A stretch of 64,000 nt of DNA. Origin: Octopus bimaculoides. Its lineage: Eukaryota. The translations under genes were made by a program, and so were the position numbers. The stretch lies in contig NC_068987.1 in the NCBI RefSeq assembly GCF_001194135.2, positions 28,222,466-28,286,465 of the forward strand, read 5' to 3'. Under the pieces are notes generated by a model, which searched no databases, was not told the origin of the DNA, and saw only the letters and a list, made by a program, of their open reading frames with translations. Each line of letters opens with the position of its first letter. Position 1 is the first letter of the stretch. Of the stretch, positions 12,421 through 25,113 are shown piece by piece.

Positions 12421-13628
12421 AATAAAACCAAGCAATTAACAACTTCTCTCTATAAAAACAAACATCTTCAGGTTTGGATCATTTAGATATATGTATTAAA
12501 GACAATTATTAAATATTTAAAAAAAAAAACAACTCTAAAAAAGTGGTTTTAGTTGTTATTGCGTCGTTTCTTAAAAATTACAGGAAAATTTGCCAAAGCT
12601 TACACTTTTCAAATAAGTCAAACATAATTCTGTATTGTTCATTTCCGGAAAGGAAAATATGAAAGTTAATCGGAGACAGAAAACTTCATTTCTGAATAAA
12701 TGTTTATTTCTGTGATTGAAATAGATTCAACAGTTTTATCTTTCCTCTTTTATTCTTGAGACAATTGAAGCACTTGATAAGTTTTTTCTATGATTATTAT
12801 TCCAATGAAAGGTGGCTGAAAGTGGTTAAACAAGCGTAGCTAACAGGGACCACAATAATAATAATAAGGATTTACACTGGCGCCAAAGGTTGGACGGAGA
12901 CACTTTAATTTAGTGTGTCAGCGTAACATGGGATAGTGCGTGTAAAGTTAACCAAAATAAACTAGTTCAGGGATCATAAATTATTGTTCCATAGAATTTT
13001 TTCTTCTTATTATTAATAATATCAATGCGCCAATTTGTTTTTTGTACATACCTGACGCGTGTGTCACGCTTAAGAGAAAGAAATTGTTGAAAAAAATGTG
13101 TACTTAAATAAAATCTTTTACCTAGATTTTTTATAATTTCTGGAAGTGATTTGAAAATACCACTTATGTGTTGTATTAGTACTTCTGAACACCTAGGCCT
13201 ACTAGTCCACCGAAGCAGCAACGATGTTTATGGGAAAATTAAGATACTTAAATTTAACGCGTGTATCGAGCAAGGGAGAGAGGAAGTGAGAAGGAGAGAG
13301 AGTGAGAGTTAGTGGCTGAATTCCTTTGAATTCCTTTCTACTATTGAACTGAAATTGACCCCTGGCTATTAAAGACACAACCACACACACATTTGTTCTA
13401 GGTCTTCTACCCATCTGAATTCGGTCATACACAAGATAGCACGTTAAGTCTTATCTTCCTAAATTTAAATTTAGAATTTTGTTTTAATTTATAAAATTAC
13501 ACCTCATCTAAAAAACATCTTTTGACTTTCGAATGCACCTTTTCTTTTTCTTTCTATATTTGTGTTAAGTTAAAATTTCTGTTTTGGTCAGGATTCTTCC
13601 AATTTCTACATACACACATACATATATT

Positions 13629-13661
<33 letters not shown>

Positions 13662-16600
13662 NNNNNNNNNNNNNNNNNNNNNNNNNNNNNNNNNNNNNNN
13701 NNNNNNNNNNNNNNNNNNNNNNNNNNNNNNNNNNNNNNNNNNNNNNNNNNNNNNNNNNNNNNNNNNNNNNNNNNNNNNNNNNNNNNNNNNNNNNNNNNNN
13801 NNNNNNNNNNNNNNNNNNNNNNNNNNNNNNNNNNNNNNNNNNNNNNNNNNNNNNNNNNNNNNNNNNNNNNNNNNNNNNNNNNNNNNNNNNNNNNNNNNNN
13901 NNNNNNNNNNNNNNNNNNNNNNNNNNNNNNNNNNNNNNNNNNNNNNNNNNNNNNNNNNNNNNNNNNNNNNNNNNNNNNNNNNNNNNNNNNNNNNNNNNNN
14001 NNNNNNNNNNNNNNNNNNNNNNNNNNNNNNNNNNNNNNNNNNNNNNNNNNNNNNNNNNNNNNNNNNNNNNNNNNNNNNNNNNNNNNNNNNNNNNNNNNNN
14101 NNNNNNNNNNNNNNNNNNNNNNNNNNNNNNNNNNNNNNNNNNNNNNNNNNNNNNNNNNNNNNNNNNNNNNNNNNNNNNNNNNNNNNNNNNNNNNNNNNNN
14201 NNNNNNNNNNNNNNNNNNNNNNNNNNNNNNNNNNNNNNNNNNNNNNNNNNNNNNNNNNNNNNNNNNNNNNNNNNNNNNNNNNNNNNNNNNNNNNNNNNNN
14301 NNNNNNNNNNNNNNNNNNNNNNNNNNNNNNNNNNNNNNNNNNNNNATATATATATATATATATAATCTAGCACATATTTATTGTATGACAGTATGGTCTT
14401 TTGTTGAATTAGATTTTATTTTTGCATTTCACAGTAGGAGTGTATACCAATATCTGTGGAAGCAATCGAATATTTGACGTTATTGTAATATCTTCTCGCT
14501 GCCTATTTTTATGACCAGTAGTTGATAACAGATTATATCTTTAATTTTCAAAAACTGACTGGCTTCCATACACATTAACTTCGTCCGTGGTTTAATTTTT
14601 TACTTTATGTTCTCTCATGAACAGCAGTTTTTATACTCCGTGTTAACGTCTGATTCAGACATAATAATTTGAAACTAAGAATACGATATCTCAAATTGCA
14701 GGCTTCTTCAAGCATAGTTCACCTCTTATCTGGTGGAACATTTTGTACACTACCGAAGATGATTTCCTTATACTTCGCTTGGTGCATCTAATTTTATATC
14801 TCAGATTTCTACACCAGAATGTCAAATCAGATAAGAACATTCTATGTTGGTTGTCGGCTAACTAGAAATAACACCCCATATCCCGAAAAGAACACTCTTC
14901 ATTGTTAAATAAAATAATGAGACAATAAATAACGTAATTCTAAATATCTTTAACAAACGTTTTTGGTTATGATTAAGGTCGATCAGGTTTGAGTTTTATT
15001 CTAATCTATGTCAGTAATAATATCTTGAATGTGTCGAATTTTCGCTTCACTTAAAAGATTTCCATAATGTAAATCTATTCCTGTTTATTCCTAACATGGG
15101 GACGAAATCACGAATGTTTAAGGAAGAGCTATCTAAAAAGTTTAACGAAGTAGAAATGTTCGGGGTTTACACTCTTGGTTGCCTTGCCTACATATAACAT
15201 AGTTAAGACCTTAACATTTTTCTTTCTTGACCAAAATATAATGATAGTTTAGACATTGTTATTTTTTTTTAGATTACGATTTTCAACGTTACTGTGATAA
15301 TTGCTCATGTTGAAAACATTGAAAATATTCAGCACTACAATTTTATTAGTTGAAATGAAATAAATGTTTGAGTGCCATGTAGTTTCCTAACTTTTATCCG
15401 ATGATAAATGTATGTTCTCATACGAGGAAATATGACAGAATATTTGCACTATCAAAGCAATACCTTGCGATTTCATTTAATTGTTACCAATTATGGAAAT
15501 TCTTTATTTTTAATGAGTTAGTGTCATTTACTTAGTTATTCCGCTTTTGAAAAATATCATTTCCAGTTGAAACGTGTTACTTATCAATTCATATTGATAT
15601 TTTAATTGTTTTCTATATATTATTAACATATTTTCAATCGACACTAATTTGAACAGCCTAGTTTAAAACTGCCTGTTCTGCAACCAAATAATATCTCAAG
15701 TAAAATAATACAATTCTCATTGATTTAAATGACTGCATTATAAAACTGCAATGATTAATAAATGTCCCTGATATCCAGTGGGAAAACCCTTGAGAACTGG
15801 TTGGTTCCATGTATAAGGCGTGAGGTGAATGGAAAATAAATCTTCCATTTAAAGAATGCTAGTAAAGTGACTAATATTCCCAGATGAGCATAGATCTTTC
15901 AACATCAGCTAAACAAACTGAAGCAATGTAAAATAAACTATGAAACATCAGTAGCAAATTTGATATAGCGAGCCAAAGGTGGATAATTTATCCATAAGGA
16001 CATCTGCTATCAGGAGCATAAAATTGCAAACTATCTAAAACTGCTTTCAGACTCGCAACCGTACAACGTGATTCACACACATTCTTTTTTGCATATTTAT
16101 AAAAATTGTTTTATAAAAATCTGTTCATAGCATTTGATGTTGCTACTGTATGATTTGGGAACTACTGATCTGTACTAATTTTTATGTATGACGAAATTCT
16201 CAAGGTTATAGCCTTCTTGACTACATCCAACACAGTGCCATTCCCCCGGTGTTATAGTCGTTGAATATATAGCATGAACGCATTAAATGTAACCTTACCT
16301 TAAAATATACCCGTTCACTTTAGTATATATGCCATTTGGCTCACATAATAAGAGATACTTAGGAAATTCATATTTAAGGCCAATAAAACTTTTGAAGAAC
16401 TGATGGATAAATAATAGAATTTGTTGTTTTCTGCAGATGCGATGCAACCTCTATTACTATTTCCTATACTGTAACTGTCGCTACTGTTCTGTTTAACCTC
16501 ACGCACTCCACGATCTAGAAGAGCTGAAGTCAAAAGCGTTCCAGCCACAACTATGCTATCTTATCTTTAGAGACGGTGCATCCAGAACTACAGTTTTCTA

Positions 16601-18170
16601 TGTGTCTTCTCATTTTTAAGAGGATTCGATATATTTTGAGAGAAACTTAAATACTATTTCTAAAACTCATGCTACAACAGAAATATTCTTACTGGCCCGT
16701 GCTGTTCGAACGTATACTCTTACTGAAATAAGACTTTCCACTTGGTTTCATTATAACACTTTATCTGCTCGTATAAATTGCGTCAATATATTTCAGTAAA
16801 TTATTCACAGAAATTAAATAAATATTATACGCTAAAAAAAGAGCCGAGTTCAAATTATTGGATAATTATGCATATTTATCCAAGTTATGAAATATTAGAA
16901 AGCTGTCATTTACGAGTAGACATAATGAAATCTGTGAAAATAAAATCACAACTACACTAGATCAAAATTGTGAACATAAATGTTTTACAAAAATATCGCA
17001 TTAAGATAACTATTAAGTCCCCAAATCACCATTTATAGTTCCTTTCAAGAACTATCTCTCTGACATTAGGTGAAGCTGGCATGGGGGATGCTAATGTCAA
17101 TATTTCTTATGTCCAGAATAATAAGAGTGATGACGCTTTCGTGTTCCTTGCTTTGCTTCGAGTTTACTGTATAACGATGATTCATGTACTACAATATACA
17201 CATGTACATAAACATATGCGCTCACACTCACACACACACACGACACGCACACACATATACACACAAACACACACGCACGCATGCACGCATGAGCACACCC
17301 ACGAGTGCACGCACACACACATATACACATATACATCAATGCACACACATATATACGTGTGTGTTTGTGTGCATTTCTGTGTGTATAAGTGTATGTGCTT
17401 GTGTAAGGACGCTCATTATAAACATCAATGTTATTGTTTCCTTAGATTTAATCAGTCACATCACGTACTCACGTAAGGTTTATTCTCTTGTTTAGGAATA
17501 TGAATATTTCAATACTGCATTGTATCATGATCATTTATTGAGTTTCTATTTTCCTCCAAATTTTATATTTTTGTTCTTTATTGTATAATTTTTATTGAAA
17601 TATTGGTATTTTTATGGGCTAGGCAGCGACAGTGCACAATTTGGAAAGAAAGTAGGAAATGTTGTGATGTTCAAGCATTTTCAGATTCTATAAAGATGCA
17701 TAAAGTCGCACGAGCTAAAAGAAAATGAATATAACTCCCATTCGTCTAGCTCGGTGCTTAACTCATTCACTAAATATCCAGCTATTTCTAAAGTGAAATA
17801 ACCCCAGCTTCGAGATGATGAAGAACATCGAGTTTTAGAAGGAAATGAAATATACGTAGGTAGAACACAATTAACAGCAGTGTGATTTGAATTAAGAATA
17901 TCTATAGACACGACTAAGTGGGAAAAAACCTACTTCTTCAACATTTTTGAGAACAATGCCCTAGTTTTACTGAACAAAAAGAGCGTGTGCATTGAAATGA
18001 GATTATAATTTTTGAGACTGTTGATCACATATCGAGCAATTGAATATTTTCAATACTTTCCTCTCCTTTCATTTTCGAGCTATCGTCGTTATTAAACACC
18101 ACACACACACACAGACATGTATATTTGTGTGCATATATGTATATATCAATTTATATATTATGTATATGTT

Positions 18171-18212
<42 letters not shown>

Positions 18213-19254
18213 CATATAAAGATGTGTGTGTGTGTGTGTTACTCATTCAAAATTGTATTCAAAGTAGGACAGCATATTTTAAAACAAGAAAACTAACCAT
18301 ATCCACTAGATCACTGATATATGTATACATGCATGAGAACGATATCTCATCACTTTGTGTAGATACAGATTCTGGAATGAGAGCATAAACAATTGAATCG
18401 ACCAGAGTACTTGAGATGAACTTAATTTTTCCAATACCCGAAGGATAAACGACGAAGTTGAACTCAATGTATATGAATTTGTAAGTTATGTATAGTGTGT
18501 ATTTACTGAAACGCATCTGCTAACCCAGTGCTCTTTACTAATGTAACTTTTGATTTCTAATAAAGATCAAAGCCGAAATGGTTAGCAAGGAGTACAGTAC
18601 AATATATTCCATCCTTCTACTTGAGTGTATTTATTTAATGACTTCGGATGGTAAAAGTCAGATAAATAAATGCTGCACACATTTGTCTATCCATTCTACA
18701 ATTTTAATGCTAACGATGTGTTCGATGAGTATGGAAAATTATAATCGTATTAACAAAAACTCATTTCAGATATTAATACTTTAGATACGTATTTTAACAA
18801 TTTTATTATTCATTGAAATTACAAGAGAAAATAAACAAGGTTATTTCACTCTACAAAATTCAGCAAACTTTTACATAGTACATTATAGTTTCTGCAGAGT
18901 AAAACATATAGACAGTTGTTTATAGTGTAACAAGTGAAGAATATCAATTAATTTGCTAGTTCTGAACTAATACAGTTTTTTTAGGTAAATGATGGTTATT
19001 TAGCTGGAAAACAAAAGCATAAGAATACTAAAAGTTAAATTTACATCTTCTACTGAAAACGGTCATTGAAATTCAGACGAAAAAAGACTGCAACAAATGA
19101 TAACCATCATATTTTAATATTTGTATTTGCTTCACATGTACGCTGTCTACCATAAAGTTTGATTAATTTTAATATTCAAGTGTACTTATCTTTCCTTTGA
19201 AACGTGGTTGATGTTCTAAAGTTCTACTTATATATATATATATCTTTATGTGCT

Positions 19255-19465
19255 ATCTTTTATCTTTTAATCGCTTCAGTCAGTAAACTTCGGCCATACT
19301 TAGGTGCCACTTAACAGAACTTTAGTCGAACAGATCTCTCCCACTACTTATTTTTTAAAGTCTGTGTCTTATTCCCTCCTTCTCTTTTGGCGAATCGCTA
19401 AGTCACTAGAATGCAAACAGACCAACACTGATTGTCAAGTGGTGGTGGAGTACAAACACAGAGAC
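19255..19465 (-). mobile_element. SINE family A, 3' half
   Basis: Reverse complement of the family A tail (TTCAGTCA...CGGCCAT...GCCAC; CGCTAAGT; ACCAACACTGATTGTCAAG), followed by (CA)n. Confidence 0.75.
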
Positions 19466-19549
19466 TTGCACACACACTCACGCACACACACACACATACA
19501 CACGCTCGCGCACTCACACACGCACGCACAAACACATATTGTATCTTAG

Positions 19550-20190
19550 ACTCTGTACCGAAAGCACAGCAACCAGCTTGACGCGATTTATATGCGATGC
19601 TTGCGTACTATCTCCATCATAAAACCGAGCGGTCATATTCATAACAGTGACGTACTAACATATCAGGTTTTGAAGCCATTCTCATCAAAATACAGCTTAG
19701 ATGATCAAGTCACCTCTCACATATGAGTGATGTCAGAATTCCGAAGTAACCTCTCTTGGGCTAATTCCCGACAGGTAGATCAGTTGGAAGACCACTCTTG
19801 CACTTCAGACACAAACTAAGAGACAATCTGAAGCGATGCGACATTCCCTTTTCTCTCTTCAGGGCAAAAGTTTGAGCCAAGTGGACTCCAATCTTGGGAC
19901 CAACTTCGTGCAAGCGTGAAATCACGCTGCCAAAGCGCTGCTCCTCTAAATAGAAACCTTACTTTTCATTGTGGTTTTGTGGCACGAAGCAAAACAGTCT
20001 TTGCTGTCCACTCAAGAAAACACAACAATAAATTATCCGCACACACACACAAAGGGAAGTGAGTACTCAACTCGTTCCATTTGCCAAATGTTTGCAAGGC
20101 GCCAGTAGGCCTCAAGAGATACATTCGTGTCCATAAAATATGATTACCACTTTATCTTACTGAACACTCGTTTCTCGCTCATGATGAGAG
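19550..20190 (+). mobile_element. RTE-clade LINE, 3' fragment
   Basis: Plus strand gives IKIQLR*SSHL..MSD, DVRIPK*PLLG..TGRSVGRPLLHFRHKLRDNLKRCDI, and C-terminal zinc-finger-like HCGFVARSKTVFAVHSRKH. These correspond to the RTE QLRWxGH / RIPKQLLYGEL / GRPxLRFKD motifs. Confidence 0.8.
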
Positions 20191-20212
20191 AATCCTTCAT
20201 ATATACACATAT

Positions 20213-20358
20213 ACGACTAGTTTCTTTCAGTTTCCGTCCCCTAAAGCCACTCACAAGTCTTTGCTTGGCTAACTTTAGTGTAAAAGGTATTTGCTGAAGC
20301 CAAATGTGTCACGCAGTGGGACTAAACAATGAAATTAAGAAGCAAACTTCTTACCACG
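20213..20358 (-). mobile_element. SINE family A, 5' head
   Basis: ACGAC..TTTCTTTCAGTTTCCGTC...CACTCACAAGTCTTTG...GCAGTGGGACT...AGCAAACTTCTTACCAC is the reverse complement of the head at 186-335. Confidence 0.7.
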
Positions 20359-21230
20359 AAGCAGCATCTCTGGCATTTCCAAAAATCAGGTTTTGCGCTG
20401 TTCGATCGTCCGAATTTCCCTCCAAACAAATTAATGAGTAAGTGGTTGAGTATTCCACAGACAACTGTACTCTTAACCAAATTCTGAGAAAGAATCAACA
20501 TGGCGCAGTTTGTGAAAAATCTGTGCTTTTGAATTACAGGCAAAACTTTCAATGGTCTTCCCTAAATATTCTGCTCACTGTCAAGGGTTGTTTCAAGGTT
20601 ATGACAAATTTAGACTTATAAAATAAAAGAGGATTATTTAAACACTTGTATTTCTGCGTCCACACATGCACTCATAGATACACACGCATACACATATTTA
20701 TACATATATATATATACATATATATGCGCATATTTGTACGCACATACGCATATATTCAACGTGATGCAACGCATGTGTCTATGTGTGCATGTATATGTAT
20801 GCGTGTGTACGCCTGTCACGATTCGTGACAATAAATAGAACACATACAAACAATTCCAATTCCATCAAGAAATGCTGATTGATTAACGTTGATAAGGGAG
20901 AAACTGGACTAATTAGCACGCACACCTAGTTTGAAGAATAGCAATGTCAATATAAGAAATGCTACCAACTTTCACCTTTCCTCAATGGAACAATAGTAAT
21001 ACTGAAGCTATTTGGTTCAATAGCATCAATGACAAAAAAATTTCTGAGTTTACACAGTTCGAATTATTTGTGCCCTATCCTCGATTATCTTCCAGTCCAA
21101 TTTTACTCACAAGTGCTTTGAATTATGTTAAGAAATATCATATACTAAACCCCTATATATACCATGGAAATGGTATATATATGAAAATAATGTCTTTAAG
21201 GAGAAGAAAAATATTGGCATCAAATTGTGA

Positions 21231-21433
21231 CACAAACAAGCCAAGAATTTTGGGGGAGAGGGTAAGTCGTTTATATCGATCCCTGGTACTCAACTGGTAT
21301 TGTTTTTATCGACCCCGAAAGAATGAAAGGCAATGTCGACCTCAGCGAAATTTGAACTCAGAAAGTAAAGACGGACGAAATTCCGCTAAGCATTTTGCCT
21401 GGCGTACGAAAGATACCCACAGCTCGCTGCCTT
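21231..21433 (-). mobile_element. tRNA-derived SINE family B
   Basis: Reverse complement of the family B consensus seen at 30900-31115 (GGCAGCGAGCTG...GCTTAGCGG.ATTTCGTC...TTCTGAGTTCAAATT..GCTGAGGTCGAC...TTTCGGGGTCGATAAA). Confidence 0.85.
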
Positions 21434-23479
21434 AAGAGGAAGAAGAATATTAATGTAGCATTTGAGAAATATCCGACCATTGCATTGTGACAAAGTATCA
21501 AACTTTTACTATATACAGTTTAATATTACGACGAATTACATAAATGTTGAAAAGATTAATTTCAATGAATTATCTCTTAGAATTACGAAATATACAAACA
21601 TGAGCATTATGAAGTGAAATCTACAGACGTCAAGATATGAACCGTAAACTAAAGAGCTCATGTATATTTATAATTTCAATCACCGTACACCAATATTTAA
21701 AATGTAGTAAACAAAACAAGAAACCTAATTTTTGCGCATGGTCGAATGAAATAATTTTTGATAAAGTTATCAATAATTCTTGAGATATTTGGAGAAAAAT
21801 TGAGTCAGATAAATCTCACTTTCATTCAGAAATTTACAAAACGTTTTATTCAAAAAAGATGATGAAAATTCATCTGATTGCTTCCACCTCACTTATCGAA
21901 ACACACACACACACGCACACATAAACTCTACTTTGTCAATCATAAATATCAGAATTTCTTCAAAATTACCAACATTGAAATTTGATTAATTTATTCCACT
22001 AATATTAGGAAAATTTTATGAAATCAATCTGCTGATACAACTGCCGAATTTCAGCTATGTTTCCTCAAAGAATTATTAATGTACAACGCAAACGTGAGTT
22101 TCGCTTTAAAAGTAATATTTTAACTAAACTCAAATTGACAAAGCAGAAGGGAAAATTAAATAACAGAACTGGTATGTTACAGCACATTCTTGTTATGCCT
22201 AGAAATTAAAGGATAACTATATAGGCAACTTCAAAATCTGTTGGGAAATCATGTGCAGCAGTAGATCATAGTCTAACATATATCTCTATTACAGAAAATT
22301 TCTTACATTAAATAGTGTAATGAACTCAAACAACTATGTAAACAAAAGGTTCAAAATGTTTCAACAGTGCAGTAATTTAAATAAATCATAACCGGTTAAT
22401 TGAAATTAGGTTTGCTGCAGATTTTACTGGATGTTTAAACACGTACATGACGTCTGTAATTTATTCTTGTGTTCAGTGCACTTATTCGCTTTGTGATACT
22501 ATGTCTTCCGTACTTAATTAAGAATGACTTAAGGATGATGGTAGTCGATCTTAACTCCACTTGCAAAATTTACTCTTCCACGCAAAATATATATATTTGA
22601 GAAGTGTGTGAATACATTTTAATGAAAAGGTTAACACTGGAACGTATTCTGTTTTTTTTTTCAATAATTCATGGACAGACTCAGTCCCAGACGCATGCGC
22701 ACGAAAATAATTATAGATATATATATGTATATACTTGGATGCTTTCCCGTGTTTCCCAGTATATACGAACATACATACTTATATCTTATATATATTTGTG
22801 CGTGTGTGTCTGTGTCTGCTGGTGTATGTGTATATATGGATATATATACATATACACATATTTGGGTATATATATATATATATATATATACATTTTATAT
22901 GCATATGTATGTGTGTGGAGATATATATATATATATATATATACATATATANNNNNNNNNNNNNNNNNNNNNNNNNNNNNNNNNNNNNNNNNNNNNNNNN
23001 NNNNNNNNNNNNNNNNNNNNNNNNNNNNNNNNNNNNNNNNNNNNNNNNNNNNNNNNNNNNNNNNNNNNNNNNNNNNNNNNNNNNNNNNNNNNNNNNNNNN
23101 NNNNNNNNNNNNNNNNNNNNNNNNNNNNNNNNNNNNAAGAAGGGAATTTTATATTCCGAAATATTATATCAGACTATAATTAAATTATAACAATTGTTAT
23201 ATTATAGTCCACTCTGCATTGTTGTGTTATTCAAGACAAGTTATATTTCCATCACTCACTCGCGCGCGCGCACCCTCCCCCACAGAGAGAGACAGACAGA
23301 TAGACATAAAAAAATCGATTAGGCACCGTTAGAATTACAATGTTATATTTCACAGTCTGATTGAAAATGTTATTTTCTACAGTTTTAATGTCTGAAACAA
23401 TAACAGAAGAGATAAGCACATATTTTACGTCTTACACAGTTCATTTTCCACAAATAATAATACATGACTAATTACAAGA

Positions 23480-23810
23480 TCACTTCATGTTAAAATGGAT
23501 TAATTGTACTTGGATTATTTAAGAAGATTAAATATACCGTATGACATTCTTTTGAAGCATTAAATATGTCGACACAGTGATGGACTAGCTTGGTGATACA
23601 TAGCTTTACTGAAGCTTTTGAATTTATTCAGGACTGAGTTGCGAAAACTGACGGGCCATGGTTCAGTGCACTATATCTGACATATTTTGAAGTACTCGTT
23701 ATCCAAATTTAAGTGGATGTCGGAGAGGATAACGTTGTGTACTTGAGTCTCATTGGTACGAATACGTATATTCCATGTCAGTCTATTGTAGAAACAGGTG
23801 TATTTCTTTA
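23480..23810 (+). mobile_element. Possible very old CR1-type RT fragment
   Basis: VIHSFTEAFEFIQD*VAK resembles VIYLDFxKAFDxV. The evidence is a single weak motif. Confidence 0.25.
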
Positions 23811-24147
23811 TACAACGAATGCTAATTTCTCTCTCTCTCTTTATCTATCTATATATCTATCTATCTAAATCTATATCTATCTATCTATCTATCTATCTAA
23901 ATCTATATCTATCTATCTATCTATCTATGTGTGTGTATATATGCGTGTTTGTGTGTGTGTGAAATACAAGGTTAAAACTTAAGGTTAAGCAAATACGTAT
24001 TAAACAGTATCGAAACTTCATTTCAGAGTAAGTCCCAGGTCATGTGTCCGATGAGCACGTTCCGCACTTATGTCTATCAGCCATTATCAGCGATACCTAG
24101 CAAACATCGTTGTAATAATCCCCGGAATTCCAGGATGGACGTCGGGT

Positions 24148-24699
24148 ATATATTAAAGATAAAAAGAGAAGATGGAATGTACCAACAAAGCAATTTATAT
24201 TACCACAACAATTGTTTCATCTTCAAGATACAGTACTTTTGGTTGTGGAACGATGCAATAACACCGCCTGCAACGCACAGTACATAGAAGACTCCTTAGG
24301 CGAGATAATAAGGTGTTGGCGCGTAGGCGTGTTTCTTTATGTGTGTATAGCTGTGTGCGTGTGCGATAGACTGACATACATATATGTGGTGGTGTGTGCT
24401 GGCATGTGCCCACCAGTATAATTATTAATCTCTGTGTCTATAAGTCTTTGCATTGATTTAAACGTATGAATATGCGCATCTGTTTGTCTGTTCGTCTGTC
24501 TAACTTTTAAAATCTCTCAGTTTAAAACCTTATTCCACCTGAGGAGTATTCTATGCTTTTGGTGCATGAGTTGCATTTGGTGTTATAGCGTCTTTCCATG
24601 CCCATAAGGGAAAAGTGCATCTTGAAGATGAAGCAATTGTTATGGTAATATTAATGTTTTGTTGGTACATTCCGTCTTCTCTTTTTATCTTTAGTATAT
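24148..24699. mobile_element. MITE/foldback element with ~82-bp terminal inverted repeats
   Basis: 24148-24229 (ATATATTAAAGATAAAAAGAGAAGATGGAATGTACCAACAAAG...CTTCAAGAT) is about 90% identical to the reverse complement of 24619-24699. The ~390-bp interior is non-coding. Confidence 0.75.
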
Positions 24700-25077
24700 T
24701 TTATATAACTACTTGTAACATTCTATTCCTTCTAAACCAAATCATGTTAAATTAATCAAACCCTTTCATCCCCAACATTTTTTTTAGTATCTCCCTTACA
24801 CCGGAAAAAATCCCTGATTACCTTCCCCTATCTAGAACCCCATATGTTACACCATATCGAAGACATGTTACGATACAGGTAGAGAAATTTGAAAAGAAAA
24901 TACGAAACCGGTTATTTCTCCAAAAACAATGTTTCTATACTCAAAATTTTATAAAATGTTTCTAACATAACGATTTAAATATATACTTTAACCATATAAT
25001 ACAAGCCTTCTGTAGTTCTTCAGTCTTTTTTATCTTTTATACATCCAACCACGTGCTTTCACATACGAACTTTCTCA

Positions 25078-25113
<36 letters not shown>

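Noticed and set aside
13522-14477. Long ORFs in the track (also 41365-42681, 43437-44084, 48165-48857, 62028-62779)
   Set aside because: They consist of X from N gaps plus YI/HT/CV translations of microsatellites.
18370-18486. Strong donor site (TTT|GTAAGT) at about 18481
   Set aside because: All upstream acceptor choices give in-frame stops, so at most it is an unsupported non-coding exon.
20959-21435. 158-aa plus-strand ORF
   Set aside because: The C-terminal half is an antisense SINE B copy and the rest is unrecognisable.
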